DNA from: Saccostrea cucullata
Lineage: Eukaryota
DNA: 64,000 nt
Assembly (NCBI RefSeq): GCF_032062105.1
Contig: NW_026929738.1
Span: forward strand, 1 to 64,000
Reading direction: 5' to 3'
A program made the translations under genes and the position numbers. The notes below the pieces were generated by a model. That model did not search any database. It was not told the DNA's origin and was given only the letters and a program-made list of their open reading frames with translations. Shown here piece by piece: positions 51,801 through 64,000 of the stretch (its first letter is position 1; each line of letters opens with the position of its first letter).

Positions 51801-54800
51801 TGACCTTGGGTCAAGCTCATGACACACCCTTAGGTCATGGGCAATCTTTGTGTGGAGTAGTAGATTCTAATGTCCCTCCGTAAGAAAGATATGGACCGGA
51901 CACGTTTGCACAGACAGACGGACAAGGTGATTCCTATATACCCCCCCAAACTTCGTTTGCGGGGGGTATAATTAGTACAGTAAATATTCTTTCTACAAAT
52001 TCACCTACTTTGTGAAGGTTTCCTGCCACGCCCATGTGCTGTCTTCATAGAACCTCAACACACGACTGACTCTGTTAATCATGTTGATGGTCATGTTGTC
52101 ATTTCTGGGATCCTCCAATGGACCTTTAAACAAAGAGAAAAATACAGAGTTCAATTTTTTTTTTACTGACACTTAGTATTCTATATTTAAAAAAATAAGA
52201 AGATTTCATACATGTCATAGATGTAGAAAGACTATTGTAACAGTTAAATATTTTTGCTGAAAACTTGAATATTTGAAGATTCAACATCTTTGGATTTAGG
52301 GAATAATTTAACTGAAAGAAATCACCATATATCTAGTTCTATTTCATGCAATAGTTCTTCTTTAATGGATGAATTATGCATCCCATTCCAAGGAAACTTA
52401 CAATTCTGTTCATCAGCCCAATCCATTGGACAATCTTTAATATTGTCACATGAGGAGTTTCTATGGTAACAGGATTCTCCAGTAAAACATGGTAAATATT
52501 CAGGGTCTTCATAGCACTTAATTTCAGCACCTAAAGAAAGAAGTAGGTATAAAGAAAAAATCAGTATTTCAACAAACTTCAGAAATTAAAGTACATGTAA
52601 TTCAAAAGATATGGTCAAGTTGAATGGATTCACAAACAGAAATATTTTTTTAGACATCATGGTTATAAACAAGAGTGAAGCTGCTATATAGAGGAAAAGT
52701 TTTGAATGGCATGTTAGCCTAGAAGGAAATTCTATGCTGGGTACCAACTTCAAATTGCTTTGAATACAATATATATATTTATGTAGAATGTTGCCTTGGT
52801 CATGCAAAATTTGAAGTCGCAGATAGATTCCAAAATCGAGAAACTTAAAAAAATGCTGCAAATACTTCTGAGTAGTTACATAGTTGGTTAACAATATCAT
52901 ATTTATTTAAGGAATTGATACTTACTTGTTATGGGGACTCTATTAACTGTAAGATCAGACATAACTAGCAAACCAGCATCCTGTAAAATAAAGCCAAAAT
53001 AATCAATTTCATTATTTAAATACATTGTTAATTAAAAATTTGCTATTAGAAGATACAAATGTACCTCATGATTAAGAGATCATTATAAGTGTGTTAAGCG
53101 TTACTTGGCATCAGTTCAATGGTAGCCTTACCCTAAATGTTGTATTGGCATCAATACCATGGCCGCTGGCAGTGTAGAACTTATACTGATATTCCACTTC
53201 ACTCTTTCTCCACAAATGCTGCCAGCTCTTACGACCAGAATCATAGGTGTTTAACTCATCAATTATCTACAAAATAACAGAAATACATGAAGGTTTAAAG
53301 GTGAATACTTGAAAATTTTTTATCTTAATACCTGTTTACCACAGTTTTAAACAGATGTAGAATAGCCACCAGGTAACCATGTACAATTGAACAATTTTCA
53401 CTTTGTTCATTAATGAAAATATTATCAGAAAATAGCAAGCACTTGATAATACCTCTCACTTCAAATAAATAAAAACATTTTTACATTTATATTCCTTCTT
53501 GCAATGAAACCAAAGTAAAAAGAATTTACTCACAGTCCAATGATTAAGTCCGTCGTTAAGTCCTCGTTTATACAGATCAAGAGGAATAGCTGCGAAGGCT
53601 ACATATGCCCCCTTGTCAGCAGTGGCCAAAATCTCCACAGTGTCTCGAGTGAAGTCTTTACCACGATTCACAACCGCCCCAACCTAAAATGGTTAAACAT
53701 TTAAATTTACATGTTAAACATTCTGATAAAGGAAAACAACAATATAAATGAGAATTCCTGTACACTTTTCATATTGCTTAACTGAAAAGAATAACTAGTA
53801 ACCATGCAATATGCAAATTAACATCAATAACCTATTGAATTACTTTAAACATACTTAATTTTCACCTTTGAAAAGAGGATTTATTATTTTTATATTTTAA
53901 TTCAATTAAGGCTGGTATATCTAATAAATAAAACAAAGAGATAAGGAGTAAAACCCACCTTATTATTACCAGTTCCATCCACAAAGAAAGTTAATGAGTC
54001 AACTACAATTTCCTCTGGTTGACCAGCGAGATAATACACCACCACTCGAGCCGTGGGCACCATATCTCGTGAGAGGGCGATGGCAAATGACTTCCTTCTG
54101 GAAATCATTTCTAGTTCCTCTCCAACAATAATATTTCCACCTCCAACAACCTGCGTATGAAAGTAATATATTTGCTTGATTACTTTTCACAACTGGAATT
54201 CTGATTAACTGCAGCTTTAAAAGTCCATTGTATTTAATGGAAATAGAGAAAGCTGCAATCTGCCTGGCATTTTACAAAAAAAGCATTCCTGGAATAATTA
54301 TAATCTGATATGTTCTTAGCTTGTATCAAAATTGAAATAAAATCAAAACCTTAATAGGAGAAGCAATCTTAAAGAATTTTAAACCGAGAGATTCTTCTAT
54401 TTTTATCAACCATTGCACACAGCCTGTGTACAACTTTGTGTACATTGGACTAAATTAAACTTGACTAAACAAGTAAAAATAAAATCCTTTATTTATAAAT
54501 GTCCTGACCTGGTAGTAAATCCGTGGAACATACATGCTGGTCTTGACGTGGAATAACATGTAAGTGTTGACTTTAGGACTACTGGTGGAGGTTGACAAGG
54601 TGATGTATCTCTTACTCGGGGAGTAGAACCGATAGGCCATCATATCTATCATGGGGGTGGTTGTATCTCCCTCCCAAGTGGCCTGGAAAGTAAGAATTCA
54701 GTCAAGATACATTTATCAATATGTTTTCAATTTTGTTACATTAATCAACTGTCTTTAAGCAGTAGTATTTAAATTCTTTAAAATACAAGGAACACTGTAA

Positions 54801-57800
54801 TGACTTTGAATCAAACTTATGACTTAAAAAAAACTTCAGTAGTCATAAAAGTATAGAAACACTTTGCAGACCTAATCTTTCAAAAAGGAAAAATAACAAA
54901 GCTTTAAAAATGGCTTCATTGTAAATTTTAATGATTGTGTTGGACAGTAAGGTTACCTGTATTAATAGACTCCTCAGAGCATTGTCCATGGTGATTTTAA
55001 ATTCAGCGATTCCTCCGCTGGGCGCTTTGGCCGACGCCATATAAGGAATAGAACCAGACATACCACTGACATAGGTGGGGCTCAGAGAGAGCCTGACCTT
55101 GCTGCTACTGGCCACGGGGGTGCCATCATATTTCATCACAGCAACCTAATACATACATATATTCACTTTTCATCTAGTCTGTATCTTTCAGCACAGAGTA
55201 CTTGTGTATTTTAACATTCTCACTTTGCAACATGTCATACTTTAAGAAAACCTTCCTTATTATACTGTTTTGATCTTGATTTTGAACTCTGTGTTTTAAA
55301 ATGAATTCTAAGCAGTGAACCATGAGTGAATAAGTCTAGTTTACCTGGACAGTCAAAACACTTTCAGGTTTAAAGGTCCTGACCCTATCTCCGACCCACT
55401 GGAGTTTGACCCCTGACCTATATAACACAGTACTGGCATAGCCTGCCCTGGTCATTCTGAAGAACCAGTCATACACCGTGGCATTGAAGTGTAGTTCTAC
55501 TCCATCATAACCATTGTACAATCCAAACTCATTCCTAACTCGTGTTCTGATCTCATCCATATTGAATTCAAAGTTAATAGGACCTTTAACCTAAAATCAA
55601 AATAATGTGGAAGAACATTAACACCAAAAATCCTGATAGAAATAATGACAAACTGAATACTATATTTGTGTTCATCTGTTTAAAAAAACTTCCATCACAA
55701 ACAAAAATGTCCAGGTATGTAAATAGGGGATGGAATTATTTATCTTTTCAATATTTTTGTAGCTCTGTAACTTCAAAACACAATTACTTAACTTCCAATA
55801 AACCAAAGAAAAACTTTGAATTTTGACTGTAAACAAATTTCTTACAAAAAAGAAATCACTTACATATCCAAGTGATCTTTGGATGGTAAAGGATCTTGGG
55901 ATGAAGTTATTGATAAATCCGTTGTTGTTACCAAACGAGTCCTGTTTTGGGGGAGGCTCTTTGACTGTTAATAAAACAGAGGCATTTCCTTCTATGGGTT
56001 TACCAGTTGTCATGCTGAAATGAAATGAAATTAAAAAAATTTATTAAATATATGCAAAAAAAGGAAGATATAACATATCCATACGAAAGCAATTTGTTAA
56101 CTAATTCCAGTGGAATTTTTAATTTCTTTCGTGTAAAAAAAAATTACTGTACACAGATGAGAAAGAAAAATCTGAGTATTATTTCATTTATATTTCTCCC
56201 ATACTTAGCCATAATGATTCCTCCCACTGTCTTCACATTGTCCATTATATATGACTTCACTGTTACATTGACATCAAATCTGGGGTCCCCTATAATATTT
56301 ATGCAATCATTCAGTTTCTGTTGATGTTAATAAGTTGAACTGAATAATAAAATATTAATTTGAATCAGATTAAATTTTAATCATAAAATATTTTCAAGTT
56401 TTCAGTAATTAAAATTTAGACAGATCAAAAAAAAAAACTTTTTGTAAAATAACACTTACAGTATTCCTCTACCAAGAAATTCTTGTAATATGTAAACCCC
56501 TGTAATGAACAAAATCAATAAATGAAATGCAACTTCCTCTCTGTCACCATTTACAAATATGATATCTTTTTGTATACAGTCAGATAACAGTTTGTACATA
56601 CATATCCGTCGACTTGAATGGTCCAGTTTCCATAGTTTGGCTGATCTGAGAGCATGAAACTTTGGCTGACAATACCTGAAAATATAAAACTTAATTGAAA
56701 GATAGACAAAAAGTAACTCATTGTACTGATATTATAATATTCAACAATATTTTATGTAAATCAGAAATCTCAATGTAAAGAACAGCAAAACATGTACATA
56801 TAAAGAAAAATAGTTATTTATAGAATATACAGCAAAGTGTCAGGCACAATATTTACCTCCGGCATTTGTTTGTACAGCCAGCCACCTTCTGACGGGGTAT
56901 CCAGTGGGGTCCTATTAAAATAAAGGAAAGGGGATATTTGTGTATATACCTCTTTCCTAAAATGATTAAGGTACACATTAGACAGAGGATTTTATTAATA
57001 AGGTTAAAATACACCTACCTTAACATATATAGTCATACTTCCATATCTAGGCATCATATTCTGCTTAATGGGAAGAACTCGAAATGACACTAGGAAAAAA
57101 ATTACATGTAAAACATTAGTCGTGTATTCATTTATTCATAAAAAAAACCCCATAAATCCAGGGTTTTGTTTCAATTTAGTTTCCACTTAATTTCATCAAT
57201 AAAAAGAATATTTGCCGCTTTGGGTACCTACCATTTTGTCCCTGCCTGTAGATGGGTTTACTCAGTTGTATGAACACAGAGGCCTGTTTGGGATCAAAGC
57301 CAATGTCAGTTTCATTGAAGAAAACATTTCCTGAGTCTCCCGCTTTCCCCTCCACTCTCAGTCGATAATGGCCTCTCAAGGAATTTGAAGGCATCTGGTA
57401 AGGAACATTATTAATCAATTATTACTGATTTAGTTTTGTTTCTTTTATTTTCTATGAAAAACTTAAAACTCATGCATTTAGATGTCAAACATAACCATTG
57501 CATTTCCTTAATAATTCTGTTTAATAATACTAACAGTGTATGACTGGTAATAACTCTTAACTGGAAAGGGTTCCATTATCTATTACACATGTATACATTA
57601 TCAATTTATTATTGCTTGTAAAGGTTTAAAAAAAGTACAAAACTGCAGTATACCTACCTTCATTTGCATAAGCCTGCTGCCAGGCCGTTCAAACTTTGTG
57701 GCAATTTCTGCATAAGCTACTTTATCTTGTACTATGGAGACTTTTAAATCAATGTATGGATAATCATTCATTCTTAGAATTGTTCCAAAAATTTGAACAA

Positions 57801-58243
57801 CTTCATTAGGTCTTACAACATTTGGTGTGATGACCATATAAATTCTGAAAAAGAAGTTGCATAAAATTTTGAGTGTATGTTAACTTAATGCCTCTAGACA
57901 TAAAAGCTATTACATACATTTTAGTAAGCTTAAAAAAGTAAGTGTCATTTTTTTCTTAAAATTTTCACTTGTGTTCCAAAAATAAAAATTGTGAAAGTTT
58001 GGGAATATTTACTAAAAAAAACAAAACAACCCATTAAATTAACAGATTTATCTTGGATGCAAGCAGCTGTTGATCTATTTCTAAGAATCTAATCCACTTT
58101 TCATGACAACTAACTAAATTAAATTAATCTACATACGGTGCCCTCTCCATTTTGTAACCACTGGTGTTGTCTATGATAGCTTTTCTGTCCTGTGTGTCTA
58201 CAGATGTCCACAGGACAGCAAGGGTGATTGCTAACAGCCACAT
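42855..58243 (-). CDS. Mcr: Macroglobulin complement-related (Mcr/TEP6-like) alpha-2-macroglobulin-family protein, roughly 35 coding exons
   Basis: Signal peptide MWLLAITLAVLWTSV; macroglobulin-domain exons (SVFIQLSKPIYRQGQ, MVPTARVVVYY, IIRGEQVGVRVTVFNY); LDLa exon 52530-52402; thioester site reads PYGSGEMNM; GLTVLEIDIPSGY and VYDYYEP; C-terminal CYVCGSYQCPYC plus a hydrophobic segment. Confidence 0.88.
43797..44940 (-). mobile_element. Helentron/HINE in an Mcr intron
   Basis: Terminal boxes AACTAGAACTGTCC..GGGACAAATACCCCC and (GACR)n..TACCCCCCC.AAACTTCGTTTGCGGGGG. Confidence 0.75.
45921..46081. mobile_element. Tc1/mariner-type MITE in an Mcr intron; another TA-flanked MITE lies at about 49096-49307
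   Basis: TA-CAGTGGA...TCCACTG-TA. Confidence 0.7.
46500..46844. mobile_element. PIF/Harbinger-like MITE in an Mcr intron
   Basis: GGCC..TTGTTTGTTTGGAATTGCC / GGCAATTCCAAACAAACAA..GGCC with 3-bp TGA flanks. Confidence 0.75.
50942..51972 (-). mobile_element. Helentron/HINE carrying about six tandem 146-bp repeats
   Basis: Same terminal boxes as 43797-44940; GAATTATGAACTTTTTCTT recurs every 146 bp (ORFs at 51469 and 51615 share this offset). Confidence 0.85.
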
Positions 58244-58791
58244 GTTTACACCTGCATCTGTGTGGCCTAAAATCAAAATAATAATTTACAGATTGAATCA
58301 TCGTTTATTGCTTAGAAGTAATAGCTAACCTTATTTTATAATTCAAACAAAATATCAGCTGAGTTGATAATATATATAACCTTCCTTTAAAAAAAGCATT
58401 TTTTCTTCGGACCCTTTCTCTTTGACAATTTTTACCTAAATTGCAAAACTGAACACTACCAAAACTATTCTCCTCAAAACGGAGAAAAATATCATCATTA
58501 CCTCAAACAAATCTTTTTTTTTTAATGTCGATGCTTATAATATTAGTTGTAAACGAAACTTATTCCAGAGTTGACAATAAAATAATATTATTTCCAACTT
58601 TTTCAGTGTAAACAAAAAAGCGGAAGTGTACAGTGAATCATCTACTCTTTTTCAACAATTTTTTCTGACCACGCTAGCACATTGTATACAAATCTCATAC
58701 ATAATTTACATGTGCAATCCAAACCTTTTGTATGCAATAAAAATCTCTTAACAAAAATCCAATACAGAAAATCTTTAAAATTTGAACTTAC

Positions 58792-58830
58792 CTTTACGCA
58801 GGTAAAAAAAAAAAAATGGCGGCCTTAAAT
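58792..58830 (-). promoter_or_regulatory. Probable non-coding first exon of Mcr with a YY1 motif
   Basis: Strong donor AAG|GTAAGT at 58792/58791; GCCGCCATTTT just upstream; acceptor at about 58266 ahead of the ATG exon. Confidence 0.5.
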
Positions 58831-60299
58831 TTGAATACAAGGTGTGTTATAATGATCAATGTACGCTAAACTCCTAAATGGTGTCAATTTAAAAACAAAT
58901 ATAACTTAAAATATTTTTCTAAGAGTCAAACTAAACACTGCGATCCACACTTATTACGTTAACAACTTTAACATCGTAATATTATAAATATCAACATACC
59001 TGAGATATGACTCGATAACGAAGGTCAGGGTCACTTACTTCCTATGTTTATCAATTGTTGGTTTTCCGAACCCGATTATAATTCATTGATAGACTTTCGT
59101 GCGATAGTCGATAGAGACAGACAGTACTAATATAAAAAGTGCGACCATTTGATTCTGAAGCAAGAAGGTGGCAGATGTTGGAAATGAATACATGTGTAAT
59201 CTTATTTGAAATTCCAGGGATAAGCTTGACCCTAAACATGGTATTCGCTACTGAATTAACCCCCCCTTCAGTCTTACATCTCCAAAATCTTAAATAAGTA
59301 ACTTTTGATGTAGCCCTATCTTAATATCGAAAGAATCATATTTATAACGCATGCTGATGTACAATCTGTAATTGCTCTTTTTATTTTAAAGTTGAGTTTC
59401 TTTATAAATTCTGATAATAATGAGTTTATTTTTCATTGCACAGTAGTACACTGTAGATCAGGTTTTACTTTAACTGTTTTACATCCCTTTATTCTTTTAT
59501 GTTGATTCTCTTTTTACACTATCTTTTCGAGTGCTCCATATACACAGGAGAGACGTATTACTGAGCTGAACTGGCAAGAAAATAAATCTTCTTGTCAGGA
59601 GCAAATCCCAAGGATCCCAACCTCTGCATGGTAAACATAGACACGAAGACCAATGATAGAGAGAGTTTGACAATTTCCTTTTTTATTTTCTTGACAATTT
59701 TTTTTTCGAAGAATGATGATAGGTCCTCGTTTATCTTGGATTAAATTAAAATTAAAAACAACAACAACAACTAAGAAGCAAACTCATTTCACTTGAAAAG
59801 ATGCTTTGACTCTAAGCATAGACATAAAACAGAAGCTTTAGGTCTCTGCTCTAAGATAGATAACGATTAAAAGGAAATAGTGTCAATCCCTTATTTCGGC
59901 ATAATTTAACTACTGCTATTTAATTTTATTCTTTTTCAGTATAAAAGCTTACTTGCGAGGTTTAGTTTCCAATCGCTAATACAGTACCTTAGGTATTATA
60001 CATTTGAAAAGGTTATTACTAGTATTTACATTATTATGAATTAATAATTACTCAATCAAATAAATAATTATTTTAACAAAATTAAAGGGAGATATGACTA
60101 ATTGTCTATTATTTCTCATGAAGCACTTGAAATCATATGTGCGGATATGCAAAGTCACATTTTCATGCATTAAAAAAAATATTAAGGTAAATTGTATCAT
60201 AATTTTTCACAAACGTCAACTTTAGATAAATTAAACGGACTAAAATATAGATATTTTAAAAGTATTTTTACACAAGCAAAATCTGCACATTGTGTATTT

Positions 60300-60391
60300 C
60301 ATCGTCTCAATCCACGGCCCGGAGTCCGCATATAGCTCTCTCCTAATGGGAGAGGATCGAACATTTTGGCCATGGTTTAATTGCGACGATG
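60300..60391. mobile_element. 92-bp internal-deletion derivative of the MITE family at 21739
   Basis: Both ends match the ends of 21739-22074 in inverted orientation; degenerate 9-bp TSD TGTGTATTT/TTTGTATTC. Confidence 0.75.
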
Positions 60392-60934
60392 TTTGTATTC
60401 AAGATGTGTATATGTATAATTGAAGAAATTTTTTCTAAGATGGATTACAACATATTTTGATTACATCAGTCTTCTGATTTGCTGTTACTATTGAAATCTT
60501 TAAAATGTAAATAGATTCTAACAACTTTGATAGATCTCTACTAAAATAACTATTATTCTCTCGACTTTTTAAGAAAAACTATATTTCGAAGGTTTTGGAC
60601 AGAGCTTAAAAATGGTATTTTTTGGATTTATTAATTTTATGGTCTTTTTTGTGAAATGGAAATATCATTTTTCAGAAACTTCCAAATTCAACTTTATTTT
60701 TAATTCAGTGACGAACGAAATTGCAACCATCAATCATAAAGATCTTACAAATAGTAAAAAACTTCAAATTAATTTTTTTTTATTATGAAAGGACAACACT
60801 GTGAATTTAAATCAGAATATATTTATTATCAAATAGCCTGTCACAACATACCATACTGTTAATACGAAAGAAAGACTATATCAACGTTAAGAATAATTAT
60901 TATTTTCAGTTCTACATGCATTGAATGTTTATTT

Positions 60935-62437
60935 TTATGTTCTTGCTGACACATACACTTCAAAATCCTTCGGTTTTAAAGTCAACCCATATTTACTGTC
61001 CACAACGGGAACTTTCCCTCGAATGACACTAAACTTGCATCTCTGCATCATGATAGTGAAGAACAAAAAAATTTCCATGCGACCGAGTTGTTCTCCAGGG
61101 CAGCGTCGTTTTCCGGCGCCGAACGGCATGAACAGATCGACGGCAGAACGATTGACATTACCGTCAGAGTCCAAAAACCGATAAGGATTAAAAACTGTCG
61201 GCTCAGGGAAGATTTCTTCATCGTAATTAATGGACCAAAGATTTAAGAAAACCAGGGTTTTAGCCTTGATGAAGACGCCATCCAGTTCAGTGTCTTTTGT
61301 TGTGCTGTGAGGAAGTGCAAAGGGGAATATACATGAATGGCGCATGGTTTCCATAATGCACGCTTCTGTGAAGGGAAGTGATGGATAGTCGTCCATGGAT
61401 GGGAAACAATCCATTCCGACCACTTTCCGAATCTCAGCATGTACCATTTCCTGATACTCCGGATTTGTTGCCATGAATAATACGCTCCATTGTAAAGTGC
61501 TTGCGATGGTGTCAAACCCAGCCCCTATAAGTTCCTGGACGGTGGTTAAGATATGTTCGTCTGTAAGTCCCACAGAACTTTTTTCCTCTTCGCTGATGTC
61601 TTCCGTCATTTTAATCAGGGCGTCAGTGACATCACGCAAATGCATTGGATTATACGTGTCAAGATGTTCTTGGCGCTTTTTGAGACTGAATTTATTCATG
61701 GTCTCCAAGATGCTTACAAACTTGTTGAAGGATCGTTTGGTAAAATGTCTCATCCATGGCATAATGTCCACTGGATTTCCGGCACCAGCGAAGGCCATGA
61801 ATTCGTCGTTATTTTTCACCAACTGCATGAAGTCGGGATCATCTCGCTGATATCTCTTTCCAAAACACAGTGCACAGATGATGTTTCCAATAGACAGATA
61901 AATCTCATTGTGAGGATTCACAGGTTTACCCGGAGTACTGAGAAAGTTTGCTGTCAAAAATTCGGCCTCTTGGGTGATGTCTTCTTCTATGGGATTATGC
62001 CTTTTATTTGTGAAATTGGCCAAGGCATTTTGCGCGATACGCCTATGAAGCTTCCATCTTGGTCCATAGTCACTGAAACCCATACTTTTGCCGTTAGCAA
62101 TGTAATGGAAGGAATAAAAATCCGGTCTACCTGCAAAGTCCTCCGCTTGTTTTATACATGCCTGTTTCATGGCCTTAAGTCCATTGATCACCACCGTCGT
62201 GTGGCTCCCCATTTTGATCTGGAATACATCCCCATAAACAGAGCGTAGGGATGTCAAATATTCGTGTGGTTTTTTTCCTAGACTAAGTAAATTTCCAAAA
62301 ACGGGCCAGGCAAATGGTCCCGGAGCGGTGGTTGTTATTTCCCGATGTTGAAGAAACAGAACAAAGGCACACACAACAAGAATTATTACCAGAATAATTG
62401 TTAAAGGAACGGGGAGCACAGAAGTGATTCCCAACAT
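60935..62437 (-). CDS. Cytochrome P450, CYP1-like, single coding exon, 500 aa
   Basis: N-terminal anchor, PGP hinge, FAGRPDFYSF, WKLHRR, I-helix GAGFDT, ETMR, PHST, heme loop FGAGKRRCPG. Confidence 0.95.
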   Translation of the reverse strand: MLGITSVLPVPLTIILVIILVVCAFVLFLQHREITTTAPGPFAWPVFGNLLSLGKKPHEYLTSLRSVYGDVFQIKMGSHTTVVINGLKAMKQACIKQAEDFAGRPDFYSFHYIANGKSMGFSDYGPRWKLHRRIAQNALANFTNKRHNPIEEDITQEAEFLTANFLSTPGKPVNPHNEIYLSIGNIICALCFGKRYQRDDPDFMQLVKNNDEFMAFAGAGNPVDIMPWMRHFTKRSFNKFVSILETMNKFSLKKRQEHLDTYNPMHLRDVTDALIKMTEDISEEEKSSVGLTDEHILTTVQELIGAGFDTIASTLQWSVLFMATNPEYQEMVHAEIRKVVGMDCFPSMDDYPSLPFTEACIMETMRHSCIFPFALPHSTTKDTELDGVFIKAKTLVFLNLWSINYDEEIFPEPTVFNPYRFLDSDGNVNRSAVDLFMPFGAGKRRCPGEQLGRMEIFLFFTIMMQRCKFSVIRGKVPVVDSKYGLTLKPKDFEVYVSART

Positions 62438-62644
62438 TTTTTTCCCGTTTTAAGGAGATATTTTAAAGACAATGTCTCAGCGACACCTTGTAGACAGCTA
62501 AAATTGTTACCGCAGTCGAGCCGTCCGACAGTTGCGCAACGTATTTTGTTGTTGTCCAATGACCACCGGCGACAGTGGAATGAAGATGTCCTACACGCAT
62601 GAAGAGAACAGATGAATAAAAGGATACACAGTGTCAAGGCGTTC

Positions 62645-62650
62645 TTTATA
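62645..62650 (-). promoter_or_regulatory. Candidate TATA box of the CYP1-like gene
   Basis: TATAAA on the minus strand about 210 bp upstream of the ATG. Confidence 0.5.
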
Positions 62651-63912
62651 GACACTTAAGCACTTCCACCCATTTTGAATGACAGCCAAGCTAGCCTCCA
62701 ATCTTCAACAGCGATAGGAGCGGAGAGTCCAAAAATGCTAAATATTTATTCGTTTTCTCCGGCTAATCATTATTTTGTTTAGGCAGCTGCCAGTTTGGTT
62801 TGGTCAGTTATAAATAAATTAAATATACAGGGCATTTTGCTGACCAGTCTCTTAATTAATAGAGTAAACCGGGATATTACTATAAACTATTAATTGCGAA
62901 ACCAGATTCACGTGCAGAAAAATTGATACATGTGAACTTCTGTTGAAAAACTATGCATCTTCAAAACATAAAGATTTGTTTGCTTTTTACTTCAGCTTGG
63001 CACAATGACCGGCGAGTGACTGAAATTCAACCCCCTGTCAAGAGTTAACCCTGAACGCACAACTTGTATTAATCTTCTTACACCTGCTCAGGTGCTTCAT
63101 AAATCTGAGTTCATGCATACCTGTTTGGTTTTTCGCCGAGGAGAGAAATTATCAAGCTGTTTCTGAATTTTTATTTGGCAGTTAAAAAACGGTATTTTTT
63201 AAAAAAAAATTATATATTTCATCTAGAAAAAAAAGTTTGCTGAATTAATTGAAGAATTAATTGAATGTTAATTTCATATGTATTATTAAACATTAAAAAT
63301 TGCTATTTCCACAAATACAGTATAAAAAATAAGTTTGATATCTATTAAATGTTATTAAAAATAACAATTTGATATTTCCGTACATAGAGTATTTTATACA
63401 AACAGGGTCAAATAGTAATGTAAGTATTTAAAAAAGTGAATCGCACACAAAAATACAAATATTATAAAAATAAACTCGCGCTCAATGCCTCAAAATGTCC
63501 ACGAAAAGAAAAGACAAAAAAAAAAAAAACAAAAGCTTGGGAAAAAAGAAAATATTTATGTTAATCATTCTTTACCGATATGTGTACATATAAAAAAAAA
63601 TTTACTATCATAAAAAAGTGCAATGTTCTTCTGCAGATGAATTGACAATATAAGTAAAATGTTCTATTTTAATTTACTTAGGGGTACTGCATAATATTTG
63701 ACTATGTATTATAAAATGTATTGAAATTTTCATTGGTAGAAGGACAATACGGTTAGGTATGTTGCCCCCACCCACTCACGTATAAACTTCTTTTTACATT
63801 TTTGGCTATGTATTTGGTGTTCTTTTGCTTGGAATGCCTTTCCAGACCATCTTTAAATTACTTTGTCAATTATTTTGAAAAAATAATAACGAAGTATGCT
63901 TCCCGATAAATC

Positions 63913-63914
<2 letters not shown>

Positions 63915-63994
<80 letters not shown>

Positions 63995-64000
63995 TGTGTG
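63915..64000. repeat. (GA)n then (GT)n compound microsatellite
   Basis: Direct reading. Confidence 0.97.

Noticed and set aside
51177-51827. Overlapping ORFs within the 146-bp repeats
   Set aside because: Translations of an intronic Helentron satellite; the unit is not a multiple of 3.

Overview
This is AT-rich animal genomic DNA, inferred to be a bivalve (probably an oyster) from its histone, SINE and Helentron signatures. Positions 1-10650 are the end of a tandem replication-dependent histone array: an 8,469-bp unit H1(-) H2A(-) H2B(+) H4(-) H3(-), ending in a deleted H2A copy. Positions 10.7-30.8 kb are transposon-dense and hide a spliced, three-exon gene for a stand-alone Gypsy/Ginger (GIN1-like) integrase HHCC zinc-binding domain with no catalytic core. 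Its second intron carries DNA homologous to the histone H2B-H4 spacer. Three minus-strand genes follow: a Shisa-like/WBP1-VOPP1-type PPxY membrane protein with a 3.6-kb 36-bp minisatellite in intron 1, a multi-exon Mcr-like thioester-family gene (LDLa module, dead thioester, C-terminal hydrophobic segment), and an intronless CYP1-like P450. All exon structures and TE boundaries were read by eye and are unverified. No rRNA, real tRNA or CRISPR array was found.
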